DNA of 64,000 nucleotides. Origin: a bacterium. Its GTDB lineage: Bacteria; Patescibacteriota; Microgenomatia; Daviesbacterales; UBA10151. Below the pieces are notes generated by a model. It did not search any database. It was not told the origin of the DNA and saw nothing but the letters and a program-made list of their open reading frames with translations. A program made the translations under genes and the position numbers. Shown one piece after another: positions 47,645 through 56,991 of the stretch; position 1 is the first letter of the stretch; each line of letters starts with the position of its first letter. The stretch spans positions 1 through 64,000 of the forward strand of contig JAJYNW010000006.1 of assembly GCA_021786105.1 (NCBI GenBank). Direction: 5' to 3'.

Positions 47645-48679
47645 TTATTTTTCCTTTAAGATATAGTAAGTCGCTTTGCCTTTACCTTTTCTGCTAATTA
47701 AGTCTAGCTCTATTAATTTCTTAAAATCCAGTGCTCTGGTTGCTTTTGCCCGTTTAGCTAGTTTTGCATAATCACGGTCAGCAATAAATCCTTTTTCTTT
47801 TATAAATTCAAGGATTTTCAGATGGTATGGCTTAAGTTGAGTTTGGGGATTGATTCCAACATCCGGCAAGATTTTTTGGACTCTTAAAAGTTCATCGATA
47901 ATTCCTTCGGTAAAGTACTCAAGCCATGACGTAAAATCAATCTTATCTATTAGTTCATAATAGTTCCCAAATTCACCAACTGTTTGAAAATATTTAGTAA
48001 CATTTTTATTGTAGTAATTCTCAAAGCTAAACAAATTAAAGGTATTAAGTCCCATTTCGGCAAGTAATACTTTTGTAGCAAGACGAGTTGTTCTACCATT
48101 CCCATCCATAAAAGGATGAATAATTACAAGTTGCTTATGAAAGATAGCGGCTAAAATAAGTGGATCAACGGTATCTCTATTTGTATTTACAAATTTAACT
48201 AATTCTTCAATCAAGGTCTTAACATCTTTTGCGTCCGGGGGTAAATAAATAACTTTTCTAGTTCGTGGGTCATTAACCACGACAGGTTTCCATCTTAGCT
48301 TTCCGGATTCAAATTTAGGTAGTAACCCTTCAGTAATTTGTTTTTGAATCTTTAGGATAAGATCAAGTGAAAGTCTAACCTTATTTTCATCAAGCTTTTT
48401 GTTTAAGTCTTGTAATGCTTGGTTATAGTTTAAAACCTCTTTTTCGCTATCTCTAATATGAGCAGGTTTTGATTTGAGGATTTTTTTAACCTCAGTTAAA
48501 GGAAGAGGATTGCCTTCAATACTGGTTGAGGCATATGTTGAAACTGCCCTTGCTGTTTTTTCTAACTCTACTAAGACAACATGGGGAAATCTTCTGTTAT
48601 TTAATTCATTAACCAAAGAATTAATTCTTTTTATATTTGCGAGGAGTTGATCTGTGATTATATATTTCTGATTAAACAT
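47645..48679 (-). CDS. Fic family protein with C-terminal HTH
   Basis: STSIEGN, HPFMDGNGRTTR, ATRALDF...GKGKATYY. Confidence 0.93.
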   Translation of the reverse strand: MFNQKYIITDQLLANIKRINSLVNELNNRRFPHVVLVELEKTARAVSTYASTSIEGNPLPLTEVKKILKSKPAHIRDSEKEVLNYNQALQDLNKKLDENKVRLSLDLILKIQKQITEGLLPKFESGKLRWKPVVVNDPRTRKVIYLPPDAKDVKTLIEELVKFVNTNRDTVDPLILAAIFHKQLVIIHPFMDGNGRTTRLATKVLLAEMGLNTFNLFSFENYYNKNVTKYFQTVGEFGNYYELIDKIDFTSWLEYFTEGIIDELLRVQKILPDVGINPQTQLKPYHLKILEFIKEKGFIADRDYAKLAKRAKATRALDFKKLIELDLISRKGKGKATYYILKEK

Positions 48680-48680
48680 C

Positions 48681-48708
48681 TAGACGTATTATAGACGATT
48701 ATTAGACG
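48681..48708 (-). promoter_or_regulatory. Triple CGTCTA direct repeat over the fic promoter
   Basis: tagacg at 48681, 48692 and 48703; overlaps TATAAT. Confidence 0.65.
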
Positions 48709-48727
48709 ATTCGCAATGAGTAAAACT

Positions 48728-48850
48728 TCGATCCCTGTGGCAAAGACGGTCATCTGTTACCAGTGCCGACATTCGCCCCCTAAAAGTAAGGACTTGTCCT
48801 GAGCGAACGAAGTGAGTCGAAGGATACTTTCACCGCAAGAATCATTCGGT
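48728..48850 (-). ncRNA. Candidate structured RNA, copy 2, with an inserted REP-like element
   Basis: Homologous to 14484-14573; ~32-nt insert at 48793-48824. Confidence 0.55.
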
Positions 48851-49305
48851 AAAAGTATTATATATACTTGGTGTGTAGTACGTTATGTCAAGCATCGTAA
48901 TTTTTTAATAAGGTATGAATGTATGAAAAATAAAAATTATTTAGCTCGATTTGCAAATGCCAGTTCCATTGCCTCATTTATGTTAGGTATTGTTATTGGG
49001 AAACTTGGCTGGAGCAGCAATGCAATAAAGGCTGATCTCCAAAATAAAAATCCAGAGTGTTTTCCGTAAAATACGCGGTATAAATAACTAAGCTTTGATT
49101 AGACCGTTATATCAATCTAATCCCAGTCTGTTTTTAGCACTATCTGGTGAGCTATCTGTACCAATTTTCGAACTTGTATGATGGAATGATAGTTCTTTAT
49201 CAGAAGCTTATTCAACTATTCCCAAGCGTAGAAAAAGAAGGTTTTAGGGTTTTCTATATAATCAATTTATAGTAGGATGGGGGTTGCAGAAAACCGCCAA
49301 ATGAA

Positions 49306-50349
49306 CTAATTACTTGTAGGTGGATATTCCCAGCAAGAAGGTTGCCCATCTGGAACAGCAACCCACTTCTGCCATTTTGGAGATTTCTTTGCTTGATCCA
49401 ATTCTTTCCGGGCTCTTTCTTCTAGTGCTGCCGGAGAGGATCCGTGTTCAACCCTTCGGACAGTCTCATTATATAGAGCTGTTTCTAGTAAAGTTTCACT
49501 ATCTGCTGCTTCTCTTGGAATACTAGCACTGTAAAACTCAAGATTGGTCTGTTTTTGCTCTGTCCAACCGCTAAGAAAATGTTCACCTGGGTAGCCAACA
49601 GAAACCGAGGATATGCATAATTCCTTTCTATCGTTTCCGGAATCTTGTTCTACATTAACTACTGTAATCCGCAAAGCGGTACTGTTTATAGCAGGTTCAT
49701 ATCTTTGTGTTTCTGGATGGCCGGGTGTGTAGTCACCAGAACCAATATTAAGTCTGCCTTCTACTTTAGGAACATACTGCATTCTCACACTAGGGTACTG
49801 ATAAAATAGCTCCAACCCACCCATATCATGTGTCCAGTTATATGCATAATTTTGGTGCGTATAACAAGCTTTTTTACCTGCAATAAAAGTTCGTCCTGCC
49901 GCTCTTCTAATTTCACCTCTGCCTCCCCATATTGTATCCTTGATATATTGCAACCTTTCCGCTACTCTAAATACTTCTAAGATACCATCCGTTTCTTTTC
50001 TTATTAATTCTTGTTGTTCTTCTTGTAGTTTTATTGCTTCTTGACGCCTCAATTTTTCTGATTTTGCAAATGCCTCTGCTGCGGCTGCCGCTTCTGCTGC
50101 TTTCATATTCTCTAGATCAAGCGCTTTCTGTTGATCTGCCGCTAGCCGTCCATCAACAACTGAATTAATTTTATCTGCAAAATTCTCTAATCCCGGTGGA
50201 GGTTGTCCAAATGTTGGTTGACTTGTTATTAGAGTAGGATTTTTTGATGGTTCAGTTATTCCGAAAATTCTTCTTAAAAATCCAGGGAGACAACCTTGAG
50301 GTTCTTGAGGGGCAGTTATACCAGTTTGCTTAGGTGCTTCTGCTGACAT
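49306..50349 (-). CDS. Hypothetical protein with a coiled-coil segment
   Basis: Long ORF; no family recognised. Confidence 0.7.
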   Translation of the reverse strand: MSAEAPKQTGITAPQEPQGCLPGFLRRIFGITEPSKNPTLITSQPTFGQPPPGLENFADKINSVVDGRLAADQQKALDLENMKAAEAAAAAEAFAKSEKLRRQEAIKLQEEQQELIRKETDGILEVFRVAERLQYIKDTIWGGRGEIRRAAGRTFIAGKKACYTHQNYAYNWTHDMGGLELFYQYPSVRMQYVPKVEGRLNIGSGDYTPGHPETQRYEPAINSTALRITVVNVEQDSGNDRKELCISSVSVGYPGEHFLSGWTEQKQTNLEFYSASIPREAADSETLLETALYNETVRRVEHGSSPAALEERARKELDQAKKSPKWQKWVAVPDGQPSCWEYPPTSN

Positions 50350-50390
50350 AACAGCTTGATTTTACCCCTCTAAACCAATAAAGTCAAAAT

Positions 50391-50963
50391 ATGAAGAATT
50401 TTAGCTCTTATTTTATCGGAATCCCTCTACCACAAAAGTATCAACTGGATTTTGAAACTTTACAGGCCGATGTCTCTCAAATCAGTCCTTTATTTAAAAC
50501 AACCCACCCTAAAACTCCCCACATTACTGTTTACTACTTAGATAAACTGCCTCAATCTTCCTTGCCAAAAATAGCAGAAGAAGTTAAGAAACACTTAGAA
50601 ATACTAAAAGAAGCTAAATTAAAAGTAGGTGGTTTTGGGTATTTTGGTAAGGATAAACCAAGAATACTATTTGCAGATGTTAAATATCCACCGGAGTTAC
50701 TGGAATTTAATAAGTTAATTTCCGAAAGCTTATCTGTTTATTCAGCATATGATAGCAGCTTACCATTTCGTCCTCATGTTACAGTAGCCTGGGTAGGAGA
50801 TCCTGATGCTCAATTAGCTTTTAAAGCTAATATGTCAGAATTAAGATCAATAGTTGAAAAAGTTAACTGGACATTTGATGTTACAGAAGTAGTTTTATAT
50901 GGAGTTGATACTACAAAAAAACCAGAGTACCACGAAAGATTAATAACTATTGAAGTTAGATAA
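50391..50963 (+). CDS. 2H phosphoesterase (2'-5' RNA ligase / ThpR-like)
   Basis: HITV and PHVTV motifs. Confidence 0.88.
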   Translation: MKNFSSYFIGIPLPQKYQLDFETLQADVSQISPLFKTTHPKTPHITVYYLDKLPQSSLPKIAEEVKKHLEILKEAKLKVGGFGYFGKDKPRILFADVKYPPELLEFNKLISESLSVYSAYDSSLPFRPHVTVAWVGDPDAQLAFKANMSELRSIVEKVNWTFDVTEVVLYGVDTTKKPEYHERLITIEVR

Positions 50964-51118
50964 ATAACCTTATTTTACTGTTTGGGTTTCGAACTATTTT
51001 ATGCCTAAGAAAAAGAAGAAATTAACTGACATATTATTAACGAACCAGCACTATAACAGCAAAATTAAATCCAGCAGTTGAATTTTTGAAAACCTATAAT
51101 CCAACTCTGGACAAACTG

Positions 51119-51191
51119 TGAGCCGGGTGGGGCTCGAACCCACGACCGAAGGATTAAGAGTCCTTTGCTCTACCAACTGAGCTACCGGCCC
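51119..51191 (-). tRNA. tRNA-Lys (CTT)
   Basis: Full cloverleaf; anticodon arm AAGGA-CTCTTAA-TCCTT; no encoded CCA. Confidence 0.95.
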
Positions 51192-51244
51192 ATACAATCA
51201 TTATCTATCAATTGTTAAACGTACTTCCTGCAAAAAACCTTCGG

Positions 51245-51357
51245 CCTTGCTCTTCCTGGGATGACAATTATTTTAAGCTATCCGCTGATCGCGGATTAAT
51301 TTGTAGTTATCCCGTTTAAGCCGGTTTACGGCTTTAACCCAACTGAGCTACCGGCCC
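51245..51357 (-). other. tRNA-Lys(CTT) 5' copy with 85-nt D-loop insert
   Basis: GGGCCGGTAGCTCAGTTGG-[85 nt]-AGAGCAAGG; extended -10 TGGTAGAAT 9 nt upstream. Confidence 0.85.
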
Positions 51358-51512
51358 AAGGTTTATATTCTACCAATTTACGCACTAAAGCGCTACTTTG
51401 GCGATAATGTAATTTATATACCGCTGAGCTTGTTTGTTTATGATATTCCCAATAAATTGCATTGTCAGGTCCTCTATGTTATATTAGGCCAAATCTGCCC
51501 GCAATAAAGAAT

Positions 51513-51938
51513 ATGGCAGTCGAATGGGATCATGGTAGAAAATCTATTGATGGTAAGGTAGTGTTCAGTGTTCAACATAATTCTGTACTACATCTTGTTT
51601 CATTTCCACAAGCAGTTAAAGAAGAACAAATAAGAGATCTTGTTCAGGAAAGAAAATTACGAGGAGTAACTCCAGATGAATGGGTGGATTTTCTCGCCGA
51701 TCAAAGATTAGAAAAAGCTGATTGTGATATTGCCTTAATGTTCACTGGACAATGGGATGATTCTGAGGCCCGTTTTCCGGCTACTATGGTGTACAGGACT
51801 CATACCAGGGAAATGGAGATGGTTTCCAATTGGTTACGAGTATATTGGGAGCCGGGATATGCTTTTCTCTTTGCCGAAGAATCTCCTGAGCACCATCGAG
51901 TAAGGAGAATCATAGACTCCTCGGAATGGGCAAGATAA
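51513..51938 (+). CDS. Hypothetical protein
   Basis: ORF; start uncertain. Confidence 0.6.
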   Translation: MAVEWDHGRKSIDGKVVFSVQHNSVLHLVSFPQAVKEEQIRDLVQERKLRGVTPDEWVDFLADQRLEKADCDIALMFTGQWDDSEARFPATMVYRTHTREMEMVSNWLRVYWEPGYAFLFAEESPEHHRVRRIIDSSEWAR

Positions 51939-51986
51939 TTATTTATTTTAAACCTCTAAGATACAGAATATGCTAGACTGGCTTTA

Positions 51987-52661
51987 ATGGTCTATTTTAT
52001 TCTTTTCCTAGTTGAGCTAGTTTTTCTCTTCCTTTTATCCCGACAGCTGGTTCAATCACTGGCTCGTGCAATTTATAAAATATCCAAGAGCCACCGGGTA
52101 GTGGTGCATACTTTAGCCATTTTGTTTTTACCAGGCACGATTATTCATGAGCTGGCCCATCTGTTATTTGCCGGCGTGATGCTGGTACCAGTGGGGGAAA
52201 TGAATGTGCTGCCAGAGATTGAAGGTGATGGGGTTAAATTGGGCAGTGTCCAAATAGCCAAAACTGATCCTTTCAGAAGAATGATTATTGGGGTAGCACC
52301 AGTGCTTTTGGGGATGATTTTAATTTTTTCTATTTTTCTTTTGGTAAAATTAGGCGTCTCACCTTGGTGGCAGGCGGCTCTTGCTTTATATTTTCTTTTT
52401 GAAATTGGTAATACCATGTTCTCTTCTAAAAAAGATATTGAAGGCAGTGTTCTGTTTGTAATCCTAATTTTAACTCTAGCATTGGTAATCACAATAGCCT
52501 TATATTTTCTAAATCCGAATATCCTGCAAAACTTCTGGTTGTATTTAAATCAGCTAAATCTTGATTTTGCAGCAAATTTTTTTAAACAAGCCTCTATTTA
52601 TCTAATAATACCGGCTGCTTTAGATTTACTGATGATTTTACTGACTAAGCTTGCTACTTGA
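51987..52661 (+). CDS. Membrane protein with HExxH (putative metalloprotease)
   Basis: PGTIIHELAH, IGVAP, several TMs. Confidence 0.75.
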   Translation: MVYFILFLVELVFLFLLSRQLVQSLARAIYKISKSHRVVVHTLAILFLPGTIIHELAHLLFAGVMLVPVGEMNVLPEIEGDGVKLGSVQIAKTDPFRRMIIGVAPVLLGMILIFSIFLLVKLGVSPWWQAALALYFLFEIGNTMFSSKKDIEGSVLFVILILTLALVITIALYFLNPNILQNFWLYLNQLNLDFAANFFKQASIYLIIPAALDLLMILLTKLAT

Positions 52662-52735
52662 GGCTCATAGTGGTATGATATGCAGACTGCTTATGAACCG
52701 CCATGAGGGGCGGTTTTTTGGTGAGAAAGAAATTT

Positions 52736-54523
52736 ATGACTGATATTAGAAATGTAGCCATTATCGCCCACGTTGATCACGGCAAAACTACTCTGGTAGA
52801 TGCCTTGCTTCGCCAATCCAAAACCAAGCTGGGAAAACAGTTTACCGATAATTCCGAGCTAATAATGGATTCTAATGATTTGGAAAAAGAACGTGGAATC
52901 ACCATTTTCTCCAAAAACGCCTCCGTTAACTGGAAAAATACCAAGATCAATATTATTGATACCCCGGGTCATGCTGATTTTGGCGGGGAAGTGGAACGGG
53001 TCTTAAAAATGGCTGACGGGTGTTTGCTTTTGATTGATGCTAAAGAAGGCCCAATGCCTCAAACCAGATTCGTCTTAAAGAAAGCTTTAGAGATGAAACA
53101 TAAGATTGTTGTAGTTATTAACAAAATTGACAAACCTGATGCGAGGATAAATTATGTTATCAATAAAACTTTTGATCTATTTTTGGAACTTGGTGCTGAT
53201 GAAGAAGCTGCCTATTTTCCGACTATTTACTCTTCCGGAAAACACGGAAAAGCAGGTCTTGAAACTGATCTTTCCAAGATGGATGATATCTCACCGGTTT
53301 TTGATGCCATTTTGGAACATATTCCGGCACCTGTTGATGACATAAATAAACCATTGCAGGTGTTAATTACCAACACAATTTATGACAATTTTAAAGGCAG
53401 GATTGCAACCGGCCGGGTTTATAGCGGCACCGTCAAAGCCGGGCAGGAAATCGCCCACATCAACCGGGATGGCCTAATAAAGAAATTCAGACTAACTTCC
53501 TTAATGGGATTTGAGGGTTTGGAACGGGTGGATATTACCGAAGCGCACGCCGGTGACATTATTGCTCTCTCCGGAATTCCTGATATTACCATTGGCGAAA
53601 CCATTGCCGATCCAGTTAATTCAATCGCTTTGCCGGTTTTAGATATTGAGGAATCAACTGTTAGGATGAGATTTGGAGTTAACACTTCCCCTTTTGCCGG
53701 TCTTGAAGGTGAGTTTAAAACCGCCAGACAGATCCGGGAAAGGTTATATAAGGCTGCTGAGGCTGATGTGGCTTTAAAGGTAGAAGACGGGCCATCAGGC
53801 GACCAAATTGTCAGCGGCCGGGGAGAGCTGCATTTGGCAATTTTAATTGAAAGATTAAGGCGGGAAGGTTATGAATTTGAAGTGGGTAAGCCCCAGGTGA
53901 TTGAGAAAATGGAAAACGGCAAGTTAATGACACCATATGAGAAGGTAGCGATTGAGGTGCCGGAGGAATTATCCGGATCGGTTATGCAAAAAATGGGACT
54001 CAGGCACGCCGAGCTTTTGGACATGAACACTGAGCAGGGGGTAGTGTTTTTGGAATTTTTGGTTGCCACCAAAGAATTTTTTGGTTACAGGTCCCAATTT
54101 ATTACAGACACTAAAGGTTTGGGCATTATCAGCAGCTCCTTTTTTGAATACAGGCCTGATTCCGGCCAAAAGTTTGAGAGGGCCCAAGGTTCATTAGTGG
54201 TTCATGAATCAGGAAATACCAAGTTATATGCTTTAATCGGAGCCCAGGATAGAGGAACTTTGTTTGTAGGACCGGGAGTAAATGTTTACAAAGGGCAGGT
54301 TATTGGTGCAAACAGCAGAGGAGACGATATTAAGATTAATGTTTGCAAAGAAAAGCAGCAAACTAATCACAGATCTTCGGGTGAAGGAACTTCAGAGCAT
54401 TTTAATACTCCAAAGCTGATGAGCTTGGAAAATGCCATTGAATATATTGATGATACAGAATTGGTAGAAATCACCCCCAAAAATATCAGAATTAGGAAAA
54501 TTGATCTAAGCGCTAAAGTTTAG
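52736..54523 (+). CDS. typA: Translational GTPase TypA/BipA
   Basis: AHVDHGKT, DTPGHADFGGEVER, GRGELHL, VEITPKNIRIRK. Confidence 0.97.
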   Translation: MTDIRNVAIIAHVDHGKTTLVDALLRQSKTKLGKQFTDNSELIMDSNDLEKERGITIFSKNASVNWKNTKINIIDTPGHADFGGEVERVLKMADGCLLLIDAKEGPMPQTRFVLKKALEMKHKIVVVINKIDKPDARINYVINKTFDLFLELGADEEAAYFPTIYSSGKHGKAGLETDLSKMDDISPVFDAILEHIPAPVDDINKPLQVLITNTIYDNFKGRIATGRVYSGTVKAGQEIAHINRDGLIKKFRLTSLMGFEGLERVDITEAHAGDIIALSGIPDITIGETIADPVNSIALPVLDIEESTVRMRFGVNTSPFAGLEGEFKTARQIRERLYKAAEADVALKVEDGPSGDQIVSGRGELHLAILIERLRREGYEFEVGKPQVIEKMENGKLMTPYEKVAIEVPEELSGSVMQKMGLRHAELLDMNTEQGVVFLEFLVATKEFFGYRSQFITDTKGLGIISSSFFEYRPDSGQKFERAQGSLVVHESGNTKLYALIGAQDRGTLFVGPGVNVYKGQVIGANSRGDDIKINVCKEKQQTNHRSSGEGTSEHFNTPKLMSLENAIEYIDDTELVEITPKNIRIRKIDLSAKV

Positions 54524-54552
54524 CCTGTAACCTTCCAGGTTGAGGCACGAAT

Positions 54553-54837
54553 TTAGTCCTTGTCTTGGTGTTCCAATTCATCTTTGTGGATTTCTTCATC
54601 AATTCCTAACTCACCTGGATGATCTTCGTCCTGGTTCTCATACAAACCTGCTTCATGGGCATCATCTAAAGTGTCATCATCTGATTCCGGGTCCGGGGTT
54701 GAACCGCTGGTAGTTTGCTCTCCGGTTTTAATATCTTCCGGAACCGCCTTCTCATGTTTTTGCTGATCAGGCTCAAGCCTTTTAGTTCTTCTGGTCTTAA
54801 AATAGATAATCGTTCTTTGATCTTTTCTTTTGGGCAT
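54553..54837 (-). CDS. Small acidic hydrophilic protein
   Basis: SGSTPDPESDDDTL; -10 TAGATT at 54844-54849 and TTCTTAC at 54893-54899. Confidence 0.7.
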   Translation of the reverse strand: MPKRKDQRTIIYFKTRRTKRLEPDQQKHEKAVPEDIKTGEQTTSGSTPDPESDDDTLDDAHEAGLYENQDEDHPGELGIDEEIHKDELEHQDKD

Positions 54838-54911
54838 GTTTACAATCTATATCAGGAATATATCTATTGCAACAAAATAGGGCATTAAATTGGTAAGAAA
54901 ATATTGTGCTG

Positions 54912-54984
54912 CGCCCCTGGAAGGATTTGCACCCTCGACCCTTTCGTCCGAAGCGAAATGCTCTATCTGCTGAGCTACAGGGGC
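54912..54984 (-). tRNA. tRNA-Arg (TCG)
   Basis: Acceptor GCCCCTG/CAGGGGC; anticodon arm TTTCG-CTTCGGA-CGAAA; T-loop TGCAAAT. Confidence 0.9.
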
Positions 54985-55087
54985 TTGAATGTCTAAACGA
55001 CATTCAAGCCGGTCAATATCTTTTTATCGACGAAGTCGAAATATAATCATTGTTTGACCGACACGCCGTCTAGATAGCTATATTCTA

Positions 55088-55906
55088 TCATCTTAGGAGT
55101 TCCAATGCCCCGTAAAGACCGGCATCATCATCCAGCGAGCATTTAGTAATCAGGGGAGCCTGGGGAAAGACGGTTAAGAATCGATTTAAATAGCCTTGAA
55201 CTTTTTCTAAAGGGATAGACCGGGAGACACTGCCGCCCAAAATAAAAATATCCGGTGACCAATGAACTGCTACGTTAGTCAAACCAATTGCCAAATATTT
55301 TGCTATTTCATCCCAAATTTGCGGATCAGTAATATTTTCCCCCTTTTGCCCATATATTTTCTCCAAATACGATCCGCCAACATAAGATTCCCAATGGCCT
55401 TTGCCGCCACAAGTGCAAAGGTTGCCTTCCGGCACAATAATTTGGTGTCCTGGTTCAAAGCCTAAAGAGTTTTTATCGATTTTCCCCGCCACAATTCTGA
55501 CTCCGCCAATGCCGGTGCCAATGTTAATAAAAGCTACGATACCTTTTCCTTGTCCGGTGCCTTTGGCGGCTTCACCTAAGCCTTCGATGGCTGTATCATT
55601 TTCCAGGTAAGCTTGACAACCAAATGCTTTTTCCAGTTCCAGCTTTAGTGGTTTACCCGCCCAACTTGAAGCGTGGGCACTTTTAGCCAAGGCTGTTTTT
55701 TCGTGGTTCAGAACTCCGGCGATGCCTCCTGCAACGCCTTCAATTTTTTCGCCCCCTGAAAGTTCCCCGGTTATTTTTTTTAGTGTTAGGACGCCTTGAC
55801 CAAAATCATCTGGCTTCGAAACTATTTTTGATTCCTTGATGGTTTCTCCGTCCGGAGAAACACCCAACCTCATATTGGTCCCGCCAATATCAAATACAAA
55901 ATACAT
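55088..55906 (-). CDS. ROK family sugar kinase (glucokinase-like)
   Basis: DIGGT, END, GTGIGG, EPGH...CTCG. Confidence 0.93.
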   Translation of the reverse strand: MYFVFDIGGTNMRLGVSPDGETIKESKIVSKPDDFGQGVLTLKKITGELSGGEKIEGVAGGIAGVLNHEKTALAKSAHASSWAGKPLKLELEKAFGCQAYLENDTAIEGLGEAAKGTGQGKGIVAFINIGTGIGGVRIVAGKIDKNSLGFEPGHQIIVPEGNLCTCGGKGHWESYVGGSYLEKIYGQKGENITDPQIWDEIAKYLAIGLTNVAVHWSPDIFILGGSVSRSIPLEKVQGYLNRFLTVFPQAPLITKCSLDDDAGLYGALELLR

Positions 55907-56023
55907 ATTTTGATTCTAGCATACCATAAAAAATCTATCACCCATCTCTTACTGGATTTTAATTCAATCCTAAAATTGCCGGAGTAAGATTTAAGCGTAA
56001 AGGATGAAAAATGAGGTAAGGAG

Positions 56024-56230
56024 GTGAGAATGAATATGATTAAGAAAGGCTTGATTGCGGTAGGCAGCTTGATAACTGCATTTGCATTGACTTTAGGCGT
56101 GGCGATGGCTCAATCACCCTCACCAACGGAAAGCCCAACTATATCACCGAGCCCAACAACAACAGTAAGTCCAACAGCGTCACCTACTGTGCCAACTGGT
56201 GCTCCTGCAACAGGTATGGGTGGACAGTAA
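56024..56230 (+). CDS. Small exported Pro/Ser/Thr-rich protein, candidate sortase substrate
   Basis: Signal peptide; C-terminal PTGAPATGMGG; directly upstream of a sortase. Confidence 0.75.
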   Translation: MRMNMIKKGLIAVGSLITAFALTLGVAMAQSPSPTESPTISPSPTTTVSPTASPTVPTGAPATGMGGQ

Positions 56231-56294
56231 ACCCGTAGGGTGGTAAAATGGCAGGCGTTTTTCGTTCTACGGACACGCCTGCCAGAAATAAGCT

Positions 56295-56939
56295 ATGAAA
56301 AAACTGTCCAATATCCTGGTTATAATAGTTTTTGCTTTGGTGGGGGTCCTGCTTGGTTTGAGATTTATTCCTCAAGCCCGTCAGGTAAATCAAAGCCAAA
56401 GTACGGTCCCAGTGGTTTCCACCAGTGTTCCGCAGCCGGTCCAAGACCAAAACAAGCCGGAACCTGCCGTAAAAGCCGTAGAAGTAAAACCAGCTGCTGA
56501 GCCTCAAACTTTATCCATTCCTAAATTAGGAGTTAATGCCGCTGTTGAATCCGTAGGACAAGACAGATCCGGTAGGATGGATGTGCCAACGGGGGTAGAT
56601 AATGTCGGCTGGTATAGCTTAGGGTACAAGCCTGGAGAAAAAGGAAATGCGGTAATAGACGGACACCTAGATGCAGTAACCGGTGCTCCGGCAGTATTTT
56701 ATTATCTGGACCGGTTGCAGCCTGGTGATCAAGTGATTGTGACTGATAAGAACGGTAAGGACTTAACTTTTGAAGTGACCGTGTCGCAATCATATCCTTT
56801 TGATCAGGTTCCTTTGCAGGAAATCTTTGGGTCCAACGACAAATCAAGGCTCAATTTAATAACTTGTACGGGTGTTTGGAATAGCGGGGCCAGGAATTAT
56901 TCAAACAGGTTAGTGGTTTATGCAGAACTAAAAAGCTAA
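56295..56939 (+). CDS. Class F sortase
   Basis: VGWY, PGEKGNAVIDGH, LITC, R. Confidence 0.9.
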   Translation: MKKLSNILVIIVFALVGVLLGLRFIPQARQVNQSQSTVPVVSTSVPQPVQDQNKPEPAVKAVEVKPAAEPQTLSIPKLGVNAAVESVGQDRSGRMDVPTGVDNVGWYSLGYKPGEKGNAVIDGHLDAVTGAPAVFYYLDRLQPGDQVIVTDKNGKDLTFEVTVSQSYPFDQVPLQEIFGSNDKSRLNLITCTGVWNSGARNYSNRLVVYAELKS

Positions 56940-56991
56940 GGGATTTAGTTTACTTCTTTACACAATCTTTCCCATAAATTATATTTAGGTC

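Noticed and set aside
48728-48850. HDV-like ribozyme suggested by GGCGAATG
   Set aside because: Could not build the nested double pseudoknot in both copies
54797-55003. 68-aa ORF
   Set aside because: Overlaps tRNA-Arg
56952-56972. TTCTTAC box before gnd
   Set aside because: Poor match and wrong spacing to the -10
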